A DNA stretch of 64,000 nucleotides from the NCBI GenBank assembly GCA_017938285.1, contig JAGBBW010000061.1, positions 7,627 to 71,626 of the forward strand. The letters are read 5' to 3'. Shown piece after piece: positions 19,228 through 29,400 of this stretch (within the stretch, counting starts at the first letter, position 1; every line of letters starts with the position of its first letter). A program made the translations under genes and the position numbers. This stretch comes from Lachnospiraceae bacterium. Its GTDB lineage: Bacteria > Bacillota > Clostridia > Lachnospirales > Lachnospiraceae. Below the pieces are notes generated by a model. It searched no databases. It saw only the letters and a list, made by a program, of their open reading frames with translations, and was not told the DNA's origin.

Positions 19228-20278
19228 GAGGATATATGAATTTTCAATTAGCATCTAAAGAAAGAATTCCGTTGATATTGTACATGGACAAAAAAAGGGT
19301 AATTAGTGAATTGCAAAGTAGTACATTAAAACCAGATGGAAATTTTAAAGGATATTATTTTGAATATTCGCATTTTGAAAGAAACTCAAGTGAAGAGGCA
19401 TTTGGAAAATATGTATTTGCGGAATTGATGAAGTATAATGCATACGGTGATATGACACAAGAAGAAATTTACAATAAAACTGGAATGACAAGGGAAGAAC
19501 ATAATGAGAAAATGGAAGTTTTGGAACTGGATTTGGCAGAAGTGAAGACGTTAAATCAGCTTTATCAAAAATATCTCAGATGTAGTATTAGGTATCATGT
19601 ACTGGAAAACAGGTATGAACTTGGATTGTCCTGGTTGAAACATAAAGGGAAGGAATTATTTTTTGAGACAGCTTCTTCCACAGGAAAACCAGGTCTCCTG
19701 ACCTTCCCCACCCCACTGGAATTTGACTCCACAATCGCACCGGAAACCCTTGGCCGCATGGTACTGGAAGCCTTTGACCGCTGTCAGCAGCTGACAGATG
19801 CTGCCGCTGGGAATAAGTTCGAGGTAAAGGAACTGACGCTTTTTGATGATTCCGTTCTGGAGATTCAAATGCCCCGGGATAAGCATTTTTTTGATTCGGG
19901 GGACATGGGAACCGCAGAAATTTACCAGATGTATGAGTATTTTCCCAAAGGGGACGTAGAAGATGCCCAGGCACAGTTTTTCCTTGGCATAGGGGAAGAA
20001 CTGAATTGTGACATAAGTCAGGACAACATTGCCGCAGTGTGGGAAAGTAATTACGGTAAAGCAGAGTTTCAGGAAATAAAAGCAGTGAAGCAAAGCATCT
20101 ACTGTCTGCGGGCAGAACTGAGAAATAAAACAATACATAAGGTGTCATATTTTGTGAAACAGAATGAGGAACTGCTTCTGGAGTGCAGCATGGAAGTATT
20201 CCAGCCGGGAAAGAGAAAAAAGCTGGAGGAAAAGCTTTTGGAACTGTTTGAAGAATTTGCAGGACGGTGCAGGAGAAA
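18621..20278 (+). repeat. Direct repeat: 18621-19223 and 19676-20278 (offset 1055 bp, about 603 bp, few mismatches). A 40-bp junction remnant sits at 18086-18125.
   Basis: Direct alignment of the two segments. The motif gaatttgc(a/t)gggcggtgcaggagaaagtgagaggatatat recurs at 18086 and 19198, and partially at 20253. Confidence 0.85.
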
Positions 20279-20288
20279 ATGTTGCTGA
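19236..20288 (+). CDS. Hypothetical protein, tandem paralog 2
   Basis: 350 aa starting at MNFQLASKERIPLILY, after GAGAGGATATATG. The N-half is only distantly similar to paralog 1, and the C-half is nearly identical. Confidence 0.6.
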   Translation: MNFQLASKERIPLILYMDKKRVISELQSSTLKPDGNFKGYYFEYSHFERNSSEEAFGKYVFAELMKYNAYGDMTQEEIYNKTGMTREEHNEKMEVLELDLAEVKTLNQLYQKYLRCSIRYHVLENRYELGLSWLKHKGKELFFETASSTGKPGLLTFPTPLEFDSTIAPETLGRMVLEAFDRCQQLTDAAAGNKFEVKELTLFDDSVLEIQMPRDKHFFDSGDMGTAEIYQMYEYFPKGDVEDAQAQFFLGIGEELNCDISQDNIAAVWESNYGKAEFQEIKAVKQSIYCLRAELRNKTIHKVSYFVKQNEELLLECSMEVFQPGKRKKLEEKLLELFEEFAGRCRRKCC

Positions 20289-20461
20289 GTTACAATTTAC
20301 GAGGTACGAGTGAACTGTACTGTTGTTGAATTCCCCCGAAATTTTCCGTGAAACTTTAGTTGTGCATCACAAAAAAGTGAGATATAATATCTACTAAACA
20401 ATAACCGCAAAGTATGCAGGCGGGATTCTTTTTAGAATGGTTTCGGAACAGGAGGATTCGT

Positions 20462-22381
20462 ATGAAGGATGGATTTATCAAAGTGGCAGCAGCAACTCCC
20501 GAAGTCAGGGTGGCAGACTGCCTCTGGAATGGGGAGCAGACCATACAGCTGATAGAAGAAGCGGAATTACAGGGGATTAAGGTTTTAGTATTCCCGGAGC
20601 TTGGTATTACCGGATATACCTGCGGTGACCTGTTTTTGCAGGATACACTGTTAAATGCAGCAAAGAAAACCATGTGGAAGATTGCAGAAGCGACAGAGGG
20701 AAAGGACGTTTTTGTTTTCGTGGGACTTCCTTTGGAAATTAAGGACAAGCTTTACAATGTGGCGGCTGCCATCCAGAATGGTGAACTGCTTGGTCTGATT
20801 CCGAAGCAGTATATTCCAAATCATTCTGAATTTTTTGAGGGACGGCATTTTGCGGAAGGCAGGGCAGAAGTGGTGGATGTGTTTGTGGACGGCCAGCTGG
20901 TGCCGTTTGGACAGAATCTGCTGTTTGGCTGTGAGACTGCCGGGATTACCCTGGCTGCGGAAATCTGTGAGGATTTGTGGGCACCGGTGCCGCCATGCAG
21001 CCGTCATGCCCTGGCAGGAGCCAATGTGATTGTCAATCTGTCCGCCAGCAATGAAGTGATTGGAAAAGCAGCATACCGCAGGGAACTGGCAAAGAACCAG
21101 TCTGCAAGACTGCTGTCTGCTTATATTTTTGCCTGTGCCGGAGAGGGTGAGTCCACGACAGACCTGGTCTTTGCCGGTCATAACCTGATTGTGGAAAATG
21201 GAACGGTTCTGGAAGAAAGCCGTTTTACGACAGGACTTCTGGTATCGGAGATTGATGTGCAGAAGCTGCGCAGTGAACGCAGAAGAATCGACAGTTTTGC
21301 TGCGGCAGAGAGGGAAGATTATACGGAAATTATTTTTTCCTATCCATCCATGCTGGATGAAGTGGCAGAAACGCCGCTGACGAGAAAAATAGAGAAATCG
21401 CCGTTTGTTCCGGCGGACCCTGCACTGCGTCAGGCACGTGCTGCGGAAATCAGTATGATTCAGGCACTTGGGTTAAAGAAACGTCTGCAGCATACGAACT
21501 GCAAATCCGCAGTCATTGGTATTTCCGGTGGTCTGGATTCCACACTGGCATTGCTGGTAACCTGCAAAGCCTTTGACCTGCTGAACCTTCCGAGAACGGG
21601 AATTGTGTCTGTTACCATGCCGTGTTTTGGAACGACAGACCGGACCTACAACAATGCGATAACACTGGCAAAGGAGCTTGGAACAACAGTCCGGGAAGTG
21701 TCCATTAAAGAATCCGTGAGGAAGCACTTTGAAGATATCGGCCACGATGAGACAAAGCATGATGTGACTTATGAAAATTCCCAGGCCAGAGAGCGTACCC
21801 AGGTGCTGATGGACATTGCCAATGGCTGTAATGGTATGGTAATCGGTACTGGTGACCTGTCCGAACTGGCGCTTGGCTGGGCAACCTACAATGGCGATCA
21901 CATGTCCATGTATGGCGTGAACGGTTCCATTCCCAAAACACTGGTGCGTTATCTGGTGGCATATTTTGCTGTGGAAGCAAAGGGGACAACACTGGAAAAG
22001 GTTCTGACGGATATTCTGGATACTCCGGTCAGTCCGGAACTGCTGCCGCCGGAGGACGGTCAGATTTCCCAGAAGACCGAAGATTTAGTAGGACCTTACG
22101 AACTGCATGACTTCTTCCTTTACTATATTCTGCGCTTTGGATTTGCTCCAAAGAAAGTATTCCGTCTGGCAAAGTATGCTTTTGCAGGAGAATACGAGGA
22201 TGCGGTAATACTGCACTGGTTAAAAACATTTTACCGTAGATTTTTCAGCCAGCAGTTTAAACGCTCCTGTCTGCCGGATGGTCCAAAGGTTGGCTCTGTC
22301 GGTGTGTCCCCAAGAGGAGACCTGCGGATGCCAAGTGACGCCTGTGCAGGGATGTGGCTGGCAGAACTGGAAGAAATGTAA
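20462..22381 (+). CDS. nadE: Glutamine-dependent NAD+ synthetase (CN-hydrolase domain plus NAD synthase domain)
   Basis: MKDGFIKVAAATPEVRVAD follows AGGAGG. CN-hydrolase motifs (FPELGITGY, EICEDLW) and the PP-loop GISGGLDS. Confidence 0.9.
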   Translation: MKDGFIKVAAATPEVRVADCLWNGEQTIQLIEEAELQGIKVLVFPELGITGYTCGDLFLQDTLLNAAKKTMWKIAEATEGKDVFVFVGLPLEIKDKLYNVAAAIQNGELLGLIPKQYIPNHSEFFEGRHFAEGRAEVVDVFVDGQLVPFGQNLLFGCETAGITLAAEICEDLWAPVPPCSRHALAGANVIVNLSASNEVIGKAAYRRELAKNQSARLLSAYIFACAGEGESTTDLVFAGHNLIVENGTVLEESRFTTGLLVSEIDVQKLRSERRRIDSFAAAEREDYTEIIFSYPSMLDEVAETPLTRKIEKSPFVPADPALRQARAAEISMIQALGLKKRLQHTNCKSAVIGISGGLDSTLALLVTCKAFDLLNLPRTGIVSVTMPCFGTTDRTYNNAITLAKELGTTVREVSIKESVRKHFEDIGHDETKHDVTYENSQARERTQVLMDIANGCNGMVIGTGDLSELALGWATYNGDHMSMYGVNGSIPKTLVRYLVAYFAVEAKGTTLEKVLTDILDTPVSPELLPPEDGQISQKTEDLVGPYELHDFFLYYILRFGFAPKKVFRLAKYAFAGEYEDAVILHWLKTFYRRFFSQQFKRSCLPDGPKVGSVGVSPRGDLRMPSDACAGMWLAELEEM

Positions 22382-22436
22382 TTTGAAACGTAATTAGGAA
22401 GGTATTGAATAGTTAATTTGAAACAATAGGACGAAA

Positions 22437-22475
22437 ATAAGCCTGCCTTGTACATGGTGGTACAGGTAGGCTTAT
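22437..22475. terminator. Hairpin between the convergent nadE and membrane-protein genes
   Basis: ATAAGCCTGCCTTGTAC-loop-GTACAGGTAGGCTTAT, an imperfect stem of about 14 bp. Confidence 0.5.
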
Positions 22476-22501
22476 AAACGCTGTAACAGTATTTTAATTC
22501 T

Positions 22502-22966
22502 TTATTCCACCACTGCCTTTTCCAGCGTCCGTTCAATTGCTTCCATCAGCAGCGTCTGCGTATATGTACTGCCCTCCGTAAGTTCCAGTTCTTCGAATGG
22601 AATATTTTTACTTAACTGCAGTTCCAGGTCTTCCAGTGCCGGGTTTAAGAGTGGGTACATGGTTTCCACTGCTTCATCCAGATTGACGAGGCGGACAGAA
22701 TTGATGTGGTCACTGTCGCAGACCAGTTCCAGATGAATCGTGGTGTCATTCAGCTCCATGGTTGAGGTATAGACGCCGGGATAGTACATGGCGGAGGTTT
22801 CTGTGCTGTCGCTCTGGGCGGATGGTGGAGTGATGCCGGGAGTGGATTCCTTCTCCATGGAAACCAGGGCAACCACGAGGAGTAATATTGCGACACCAAA
22901 GACAACAAGAGCGGCGGTCAGAAGCAGTTCTTTCAGCTTAAAAACGACAATTTTTGTTTTGGACAT
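22502..22966 (-). CDS. Membrane-anchored hypothetical protein
   Basis: The start MSKTKIVVFKLKELLLTAALVVFGVAILLLVVALV follows GGAGGTG. One N-terminal TM segment and an acidic extracytoplasmic domain. Confidence 0.55.
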   Translation of the reverse strand: MSKTKIVVFKLKELLLTAALVVFGVAILLLVVALVSMEKESTPGITPPSAQSDSTETSAMYYPGVYTSTMELNDTTIHLELVCDSDHINSVRLVNLDEAVETMYPLLNPALEDLELQLSKNIPFEELELTEGSTYTQTLLMEAIERTLEKAVVE

Positions 22967-23012
22967 AAGCACCTCCAAAGATTTTCTGATACAGTATATG
23001 AAGGAGAATGTC

Positions 23013-26000
23013 ATGGCATTACAGTTTATTTTAGGTGCCTCCGGCACAGGAAAAACAACCTATTTGTATGGGCATATCACCCGCCTTGCGGCAGAACATC
23101 CGGAAACGGACTATTATTTTATTGTGCCGGAACAGTTTACGTTACAGACACAGAAGGAGCTGGTACAGCATAATCCGGCCGGGGGGATTTTTAATATTGA
23201 TGTACTGAGTCTTGCCCGGCTTGCCCACAAGGTATTTGAGGAGCTTGGCAGGGAACAGCGCAAGGTGTTAAAGGACATCGGCAAGAGTATGGTAATGAAA
23301 CGGGTACTGTCAGAATGCCGGGACGAACTCGTACTGTTTGGTGCAAATGCGGGACAGAATGGATTTGTAGAGGAAGCAAAATCCCTGCTTTCGGAATTGT
23401 TCCAGTACGGTATTGGAGAAGCAGAACTGCTGGAAATGATAGAGGAAAACAAGGAGAAGGAACTTCTCTGCAAAAAGCTTGCGGATATACTGCTGCTGCT
23501 GCGGAAGTTCCGGGAACTGCTTGGGGAACAGTATATGACGTCAGAAGGCATTTATGATGCACTGGCGGAGTGCATCGGGGAGTCCCGCTGCATGAAAAAC
23601 TGTGTGGTAGTACTGGAAGGATTTACCGGATTTACTCCGTCCCAGTATGAGCTTTTACGGAAATTGCTGCGTCTCGCAAAAACAGTGTATCTTTCCGTTA
23701 CCATTCCAAAGGATGCGGTATTTGCGCCAAAAAAAGAACATGACCTGTTTGCCATGAGCCGGAATACCGTGCAGAGAGTAACAAAACTGGCGGAGGAAGT
23801 GCGCTGTGAGGTTCTGGAGCCGGTGGAAGCCGGGGCAGAAGATTACCGTCATCCCGCCGGAAGTACCCTGCATCATCTCTGGGGCAGTCTGTTCCGTTAT
23901 CCGGTAAAGTCAAATAAAAAGGAAACCGATGGGGAACTGACCGTGTATGCCGGAGCTGACGCAAAAGCGGAATGCCGGTATGCCGTAACGAAAATTCTGC
24001 ATCTGATTCAGCAGAAAGGCTACCGCTACCGGGACATTGCGGTCATCGTCAGCGATATTAACCAGTACGGAGAACTGATGGAGCAGGAACTGACCAATTC
24101 CGGGATTCCATGTTTCCTGGATTATAAAAAGAATATGTCGGAGAATACCTTTGCAGAATATCTGAAAGCGGTGCTGCGTCTGGCGGAAGCAGGGTTACAT
24201 ACGGAAGGCGTATTGTCTTATGTGAAAAATGCGTTGTCCGGCTGGGAGAAGGAGCAGGTATGGAGCCTGGAAAATTACTGTCTTGCTCTCGGAATCAAAG
24301 GTTACCAGTTTGAGAAGGAATGGAAACGGACCTATCGCACCAGAACGGAAGTATCGCTGGAAGAACTGAACAGTCTTAGAAAACGGCTGGTTTCAGAAGT
24401 AAAACCACTCATCGATGTATTTCAGAATCCGGAGGCTACGGTGGAGGACCGGACCCGGACACTGTTCTATTTTTTAAAGGACCATGGTCTGGAACAGCGT
24501 TTAAAACAGAAGGAAGAGGAATTCCTGGCAAAAGGGGACCGTCTCCGTGCCCGGGAATATGCCCAGGTATACCGGGTTGTGCTGGAACTGTTTGACCATC
24601 TGGTGGAACTTCTGGGAAAGGAAAAAATTACACCGAAGGAGTACCGGGAACTGGTGGAAACGGGACTCAGGGAAGCCAAGGTTGGTCTGATTCCAACCGG
24701 CTCTGAGCAGATTGTGATTGGTGACATGGAGCGAACACGATTAAAGGAAATCAGGGCGTTGTTTTTCCTTGGGGTAAATGACGGCAAGGTACCGCCGGTA
24801 TCGGGAAATCAGGGGATTTTGAGTGACAAGGACAGAAAGGAACTGTCGGGAGAACGGTTTGAACTGGCACCGGACCCGGTGACGCGGGCAGGCAATGGGC
24901 AGTTTTATTTATACATGAATCTGACAAAACCGTCGGAGCGTCTGTATCTGACGTATGCAGCAGTGGGAACGGATGGAAAAACCGTTCGTACCTCTTATCT
25001 GATTGGGAAGCTGAAGGCATTGTTTCCATCTCTTGTTATCCGCACAGAGTATGATTCTGAGGCCGAGTCACTGGTGCAGAACGATAAGGGACGGAGAGCA
25101 TTTCTGACCTCCCTGCGGGAATTTGCTGCCGGGGAAGCGGAAAGCATTTTTGGGGAACTGTACCGCTGGCATGCAGATAATATATGGGAGGAAGAACTGG
25201 AACGGCTGATACGCCAGGCGGTAATGCAGGCAGAAAAGGAACAGTTGTCGGCGGAGACAGCAAAGGCATTGTATGGCAATACCATTGTGGGCAGTGTGAC
25301 CCGGATGGAGCAGTACGCCCGCTGTGCGTTTGCCCATTTCTTAAAGTATGGATTGTCCCTGGAAGAACGGCAGGAATACCGGCTGCAGGCGCCGGATATC
25401 GGTAATCTGTACCATGACGGGCTGAAGAGGTTTGGAGAAGAAGTGCTTGCCATGGGAAAGAAGTGGCAGGAAATTTCCGTGGAAGAACGAAGTGCTTTGG
25501 CAGAGCGTTGTGCTAAAAAGGCGGTGGAAGAATATTCCACGGATATCTTTACAAGCTCTGCCAGAAACCGCTATCTGACAAAGCAGATGGAACGGGTACT
25601 GAAAAAGACGCTGGATATTTTAACGGTGCAGCTGGCTGGCAGTGATTTTCTGCCGGAGGCTTTTGAAAAATCCTTTTTCCATACGGACCGGAATTTAAGT
25701 CTGTATGGAATTATTGACCGTGTGGATTCCTGTGAAACAGAACAGGGAAAACTGATTAAAATTGTGGATTATAAATCCGGCACCCGGGATTTTTCCATGG
25801 AAGAACTGTACTATGGACTTTCCATGCAGCTTGCCATGTATATGACGGCAGTACTCCGGGACAAGGAAAATAAAGACGCTGTTCCGGCGGCTATGTTTTT
25901 TTATCATGTGGATGACCCGATTGTGGATAAGTCCGACCATGCAGAGAAGGAAGTGTTGAAAAAACAGCGGGTGAAAGGGCTGGTCAACAGCAAAAGGGAA

Positions 26001-26402
26001 ATTGTCCGGCGGCTGGACCATGAGTTTCAGGATGCAGCCGGAGGACTGGCGGCATCCGTAAAGTCGCTGCGGATTCCGGTAGAAACGGATAAGGAAGGAC
26101 AATACAAAAAATCATCCAAAGTGGCAGACAGTGCCATGTTTGAAGCAATTTTTGATTATGTTTACCGGAAACTGAAGGAGGAGAGCGAGGAAATTCTGTC
26201 CGGTTCAGCAGAGATTGCCCCATATAAGTGCAGGCAGCGGACCGGATGTGATTACTGCAGTTATGCTTCGGTGTGCGGCTTTGATAAAAAGAGTGGAAGC
26301 AGATACCGTATGCTGGAACCGCTCAGTGATGAGGATGTGTTTGAAAAACTGCGGGAAGGCAGGATAGAAAATCTGGATAACGGACCGGATAGAGAGGAGT
26401 AG
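23013..26402 (+). CDS. addB: Helicase-exonuclease AddAB, subunit AddB
   Basis: MALQFILGASGTGKTT follows GAAGGAGA. C-terminal nuclease/Fe-S cluster cysteines CRQRTGCDYCSYASVC. Directly upstream of addA. The longer track ORF from 22788 overlaps the opposite-strand gene, so I rejected it. Confidence 0.9.
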   Translation: MALQFILGASGTGKTTYLYGHITRLAAEHPETDYYFIVPEQFTLQTQKELVQHNPAGGIFNIDVLSLARLAHKVFEELGREQRKVLKDIGKSMVMKRVLSECRDELVLFGANAGQNGFVEEAKSLLSELFQYGIGEAELLEMIEENKEKELLCKKLADILLLLRKFRELLGEQYMTSEGIYDALAECIGESRCMKNCVVVLEGFTGFTPSQYELLRKLLRLAKTVYLSVTIPKDAVFAPKKEHDLFAMSRNTVQRVTKLAEEVRCEVLEPVEAGAEDYRHPAGSTLHHLWGSLFRYPVKSNKKETDGELTVYAGADAKAECRYAVTKILHLIQQKGYRYRDIAVIVSDINQYGELMEQELTNSGIPCFLDYKKNMSENTFAEYLKAVLRLAEAGLHTEGVLSYVKNALSGWEKEQVWSLENYCLALGIKGYQFEKEWKRTYRTRTEVSLEELNSLRKRLVSEVKPLIDVFQNPEATVEDRTRTLFYFLKDHGLEQRLKQKEEEFLAKGDRLRAREYAQVYRVVLELFDHLVELLGKEKITPKEYRELVETGLREAKVGLIPTGSEQIVIGDMERTRLKEIRALFFLGVNDGKVPPVSGNQGILSDKDRKELSGERFELAPDPVTRAGNGQFYLYMNLTKPSERLYLTYAAVGTDGKTVRTSYLIGKLKALFPSLVIRTEYDSEAESLVQNDKGRRAFLTSLREFAAGEAESIFGELYRWHADNIWEEELERLIRQAVMQAEKEQLSAETAKALYGNTIVGSVTRMEQYARCAFAHFLKYGLSLEERQEYRLQAPDIGNLYHDGLKRFGEEVLAMGKKWQEISVEERSALAERCAKKAVEEYSTDIFTSSARNRYLTKQMERVLKKTLDILTVQLAGSDFLPEAFEKSFFHTDRNLSLYGIIDRVDSCETEQGKLIKIVDYKSGTRDFSMEELYYGLSMQLAMYMTAVLRDKENKDAVPAAMFFYHVDDPIVDKSDHAEKEVLKKQRVKGLVNSKREIVRRLDHEFQDAAGGLAASVKSLRIPVETDKEGQYKKSSKVADSAMFEAIFDYVYRKLKEESEEILSGSAEIAPYKCRQRTGCDYCSYASVCGFDKKSGSRYRMLEPLSDEDVFEKLREGRIENLDNGPDREE

Positions 26403-26405
26403 ACC

Positions 26406-29400
26406 ATGGCAGAAATCAGATTGACCCCGGAACAGCAGAAGGTAGTAGATACAAGAAACTGCAATCTGCTGGTGGCTGCCGCTGCTGGTTCCGGTAAAAC
26501 GGCAGTGCTGGTAAAACGGATTATAAAAAAAGTAACAGAAGAAAAACAGGATATTGACCGTCTGCTGATTGTGACATTCACGAATGCGGCAGCGGCAGAA
26601 ATGAGGGAGCGTATTGGTGCGGCTATTGAATCTGCGTTGGAGCAGAATCCGGAAAATACCCATCTGCAGCGGCAGATGCTTTTACTTCACAATGCCCAGA
26701 TTACGACGATTCACAGCTTTTGTCTGTCCGTTATCCGGGAATTTTTTCACCGGATTGAGCTGGATCCGGGGTTCCGCATTGGAGATGAAGCGGAACTTTC
26801 TTTACTGAAATCGGATGTTCTGGAAGAAGTGCTGGAGGAATGCTATGAGAAAGAAGAAACTTCGTTTCTTTCTTTTACCGAATGTTTTGGTTCTGCCAGA
26901 AATGATGAGGCGGTGATGGAATATGTCAGGAGACTGTATAATACCGCCATGAGCCAGCCATGGCCGGAGCAATGGCTGGATGGCCTGACGGAAGCCTTCT
27001 GGCTTTCCAAAGAAGAGTTCCTGGCGCATCCCATGCTGGAACAGGTATGCAGGGCAGCAAAAAGCTGCCTGACGGACTGTCTGGCGGTGGCAGAGCGTAT
27101 GATTGCGCTGACAGAAGAAGCAGATGGACCGTTTTTGTACCGGGAAACCTTTGAAGATGACAGGGCAGTCCTGTGTTCCCTGGCAGCAGCGGCTACGGAT
27201 TATATGACATTAGCCAGGGCACTGGATGAGTTTAAACTGGGACGGCTGTCTTCGAAAAAGCAGGAAGTTTCCGAAGAAAAGAAGCAGCTGGCGAAAAATC
27301 TGCGGGAACATATCAAAAAGCAGATAAAGAAGCTGAAAGAGGATTTTTTTTACGAAGACCCGGAAGAATTATGGAACAGCATAGTGCATATGGAACAGCC
27401 GATGCAGGGGCTGGTGTCTGTAACAAAGGCATTTGCACAGCGCTATGAGAAGGAAAAAGCAGAAAAGAATCTGCTGGATTTTAATGATCTGGAACACAAA
27501 GCATTGAAAATTCTGGTAGAACAGGCAGCAGACGGCAGTACCGTTCCTACGGAGGCAGCAAAGACGCTGTCTGCCAGATATGATGAAATTATGATTGATG
27601 AATACCAGGACAGCAACCTGATTCAGGAACTGGTGCTGACCAGTGTGTCCGGAGCATGGAGGGAGCAGCCCAATGTGTTCATGGTGGGAGATGTCAAACA
27701 GAGTATTTACCGTTTCCGTATGGCATGCCCGGAACTGTTCATGCAGAAATATGAAACGTATGGAGATTCGGGAAAAGAACAGAAAATAGACCTGGCAAAA
27801 AATTTCCGGAGCAGGAAAGGAATTCTGGATGCGATTAATGTATTGTTTGCCGGACTTATGCATAAAGAGTCTACAGAAGTAGAATACGATGCGGCGGCTT
27901 CTCTTTATTTTGGTGCCAGTTATCCGGAGGAAAAGGAAGCCCATGGCACGGAGGTGCTGTTTGTATCCATGCAGGAGGAGAAAGAAGAAGCGTCTGGAAC
28001 AGGGGCAGGACAGGCGGATTCCGCTGCGGAACAGGAAGAGGAATCCGTGACGGCTGAAACAGTGGAAGAAGGAGAATTAAGCCAGGAGGAGAAGACAAAG
28101 GTGCAGGCAGAAGCTTTTGCCGTGGCGCAGCGTATCCGGGAACTGATGCATTCGGATCTTACGATTGGCAGTGAGGAACGAAACGTGGATTATGGTGATA
28201 TTGTGATTCTGCTTCGTACCATGAGCGGCTGGTCAGAGGCTTTTCTGGAGGTGTTTGCAGAACAGGGAATTCCGGCGTATGCGGATACCAGCTCCGGCTA
28301 CTTTAAGACCTTTGAAATACGGAAAACACTGGATTTTCTGCGGATTCTGGACAATCCGAAGCAGGATATTCCGTTTGCAGCGGTACTTCATTCACCGATT
28401 GGCGGTTTCTGTGCGGAGGAAATGGCGGAACTCCGGGTGAAGTACGGAGCGGTTTCCATGGAACATAAAACGAACCGCTGTCTGTACGAGGCGGCAAGAG
28501 AGGCAGCCAGGTGCTGTTTGACAGGGAAGGCGGAAGCGGAGGAGAGAACCAGTGCTATTGGAGAAAAAGCAGCCAGATTCTTTGCATTATATGACCATCT
28601 TCGTGAGGAAGCAGAATATGTCAGCATTCATGAGCTGATGGAGCATTTTTACCGGTACAGTGGTTTTTATGATGTGGTAACGGTTATGCCCGGAGGAGAA
28701 CGCCGCCGGGGAAATCTGGATATGCTCACCGTCCGGGCAAAGCAGTATGAGTCCACCAGCTTTAGTGGTCTGTATGATTTTATCCGCTATATTGACCGTC
28801 TGATAAAATATGAAGTGGATTTTGGCGAAGCGGGAAACGGCGACACAGGAAAAATGGTGCGGATTATGAGTATTCATAAAAGTAAAGGACTGGAATTTCC
28901 GGTGGTATTTTTGTGCGGCATGGAAAAGAAATTTAACCGGCAGGATATGAAAAGCCGGATGATTTTTCATGCAAAACTGGGACTTGGTCCGGAATTTGTA
29001 GATACGGAGCTCAGAGTAAAATCTGCCACTCTGTTAAAGAAAATCATAGCCAGGCAGATGAATGAGGAAATGATTGCGGAAGAACTGCGGGTACTGTATG
29101 TTGCCATGACAAGAGCAAGGGAAAAGCTGATTCTGGTTGGCACGATGAAACAGCCGGAAAAACGGTATGCGGCGTGGAAGGAGCGTTCGGAAACGGTAAA
29201 TGAACGTGGCATGCTGGCTTCCTATATTTCCAGGGCAGAAACTTATTATGATTTTGTGTGTCCGCTTCTGTTTGCCGGAAACGCCGGAATCAGGGGAATG
29301 GAACTGGAAGAATGGGTCAGACAGTTATCAGCAGGAGAAAAGATTAAGGTTTCCCTGTTAAAACAGATGGAAGAGGAACGGTTTCCGGAAGCAGAATTCC

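Noticed and set aside
22788-23012. 75-codon N-terminal extension of addB.
   Set aside because: It overlaps the convergent or divergent membrane-protein gene on the other strand. The ATG at 23013 follows GAAGGAGA and begins the conserved MALQFILGASGTGKTT N-terminus.
27960-28090. Acidic Glu/Ala/Ser-rich insertion in AddA (EEKEEASGTGAGQADSAAEQEEESVTAETVEEGELSQEEK).
   Set aside because: Variable acidic linkers between AddA helicase subdomains are common in Firmicutes. Nothing suggests a separate function.
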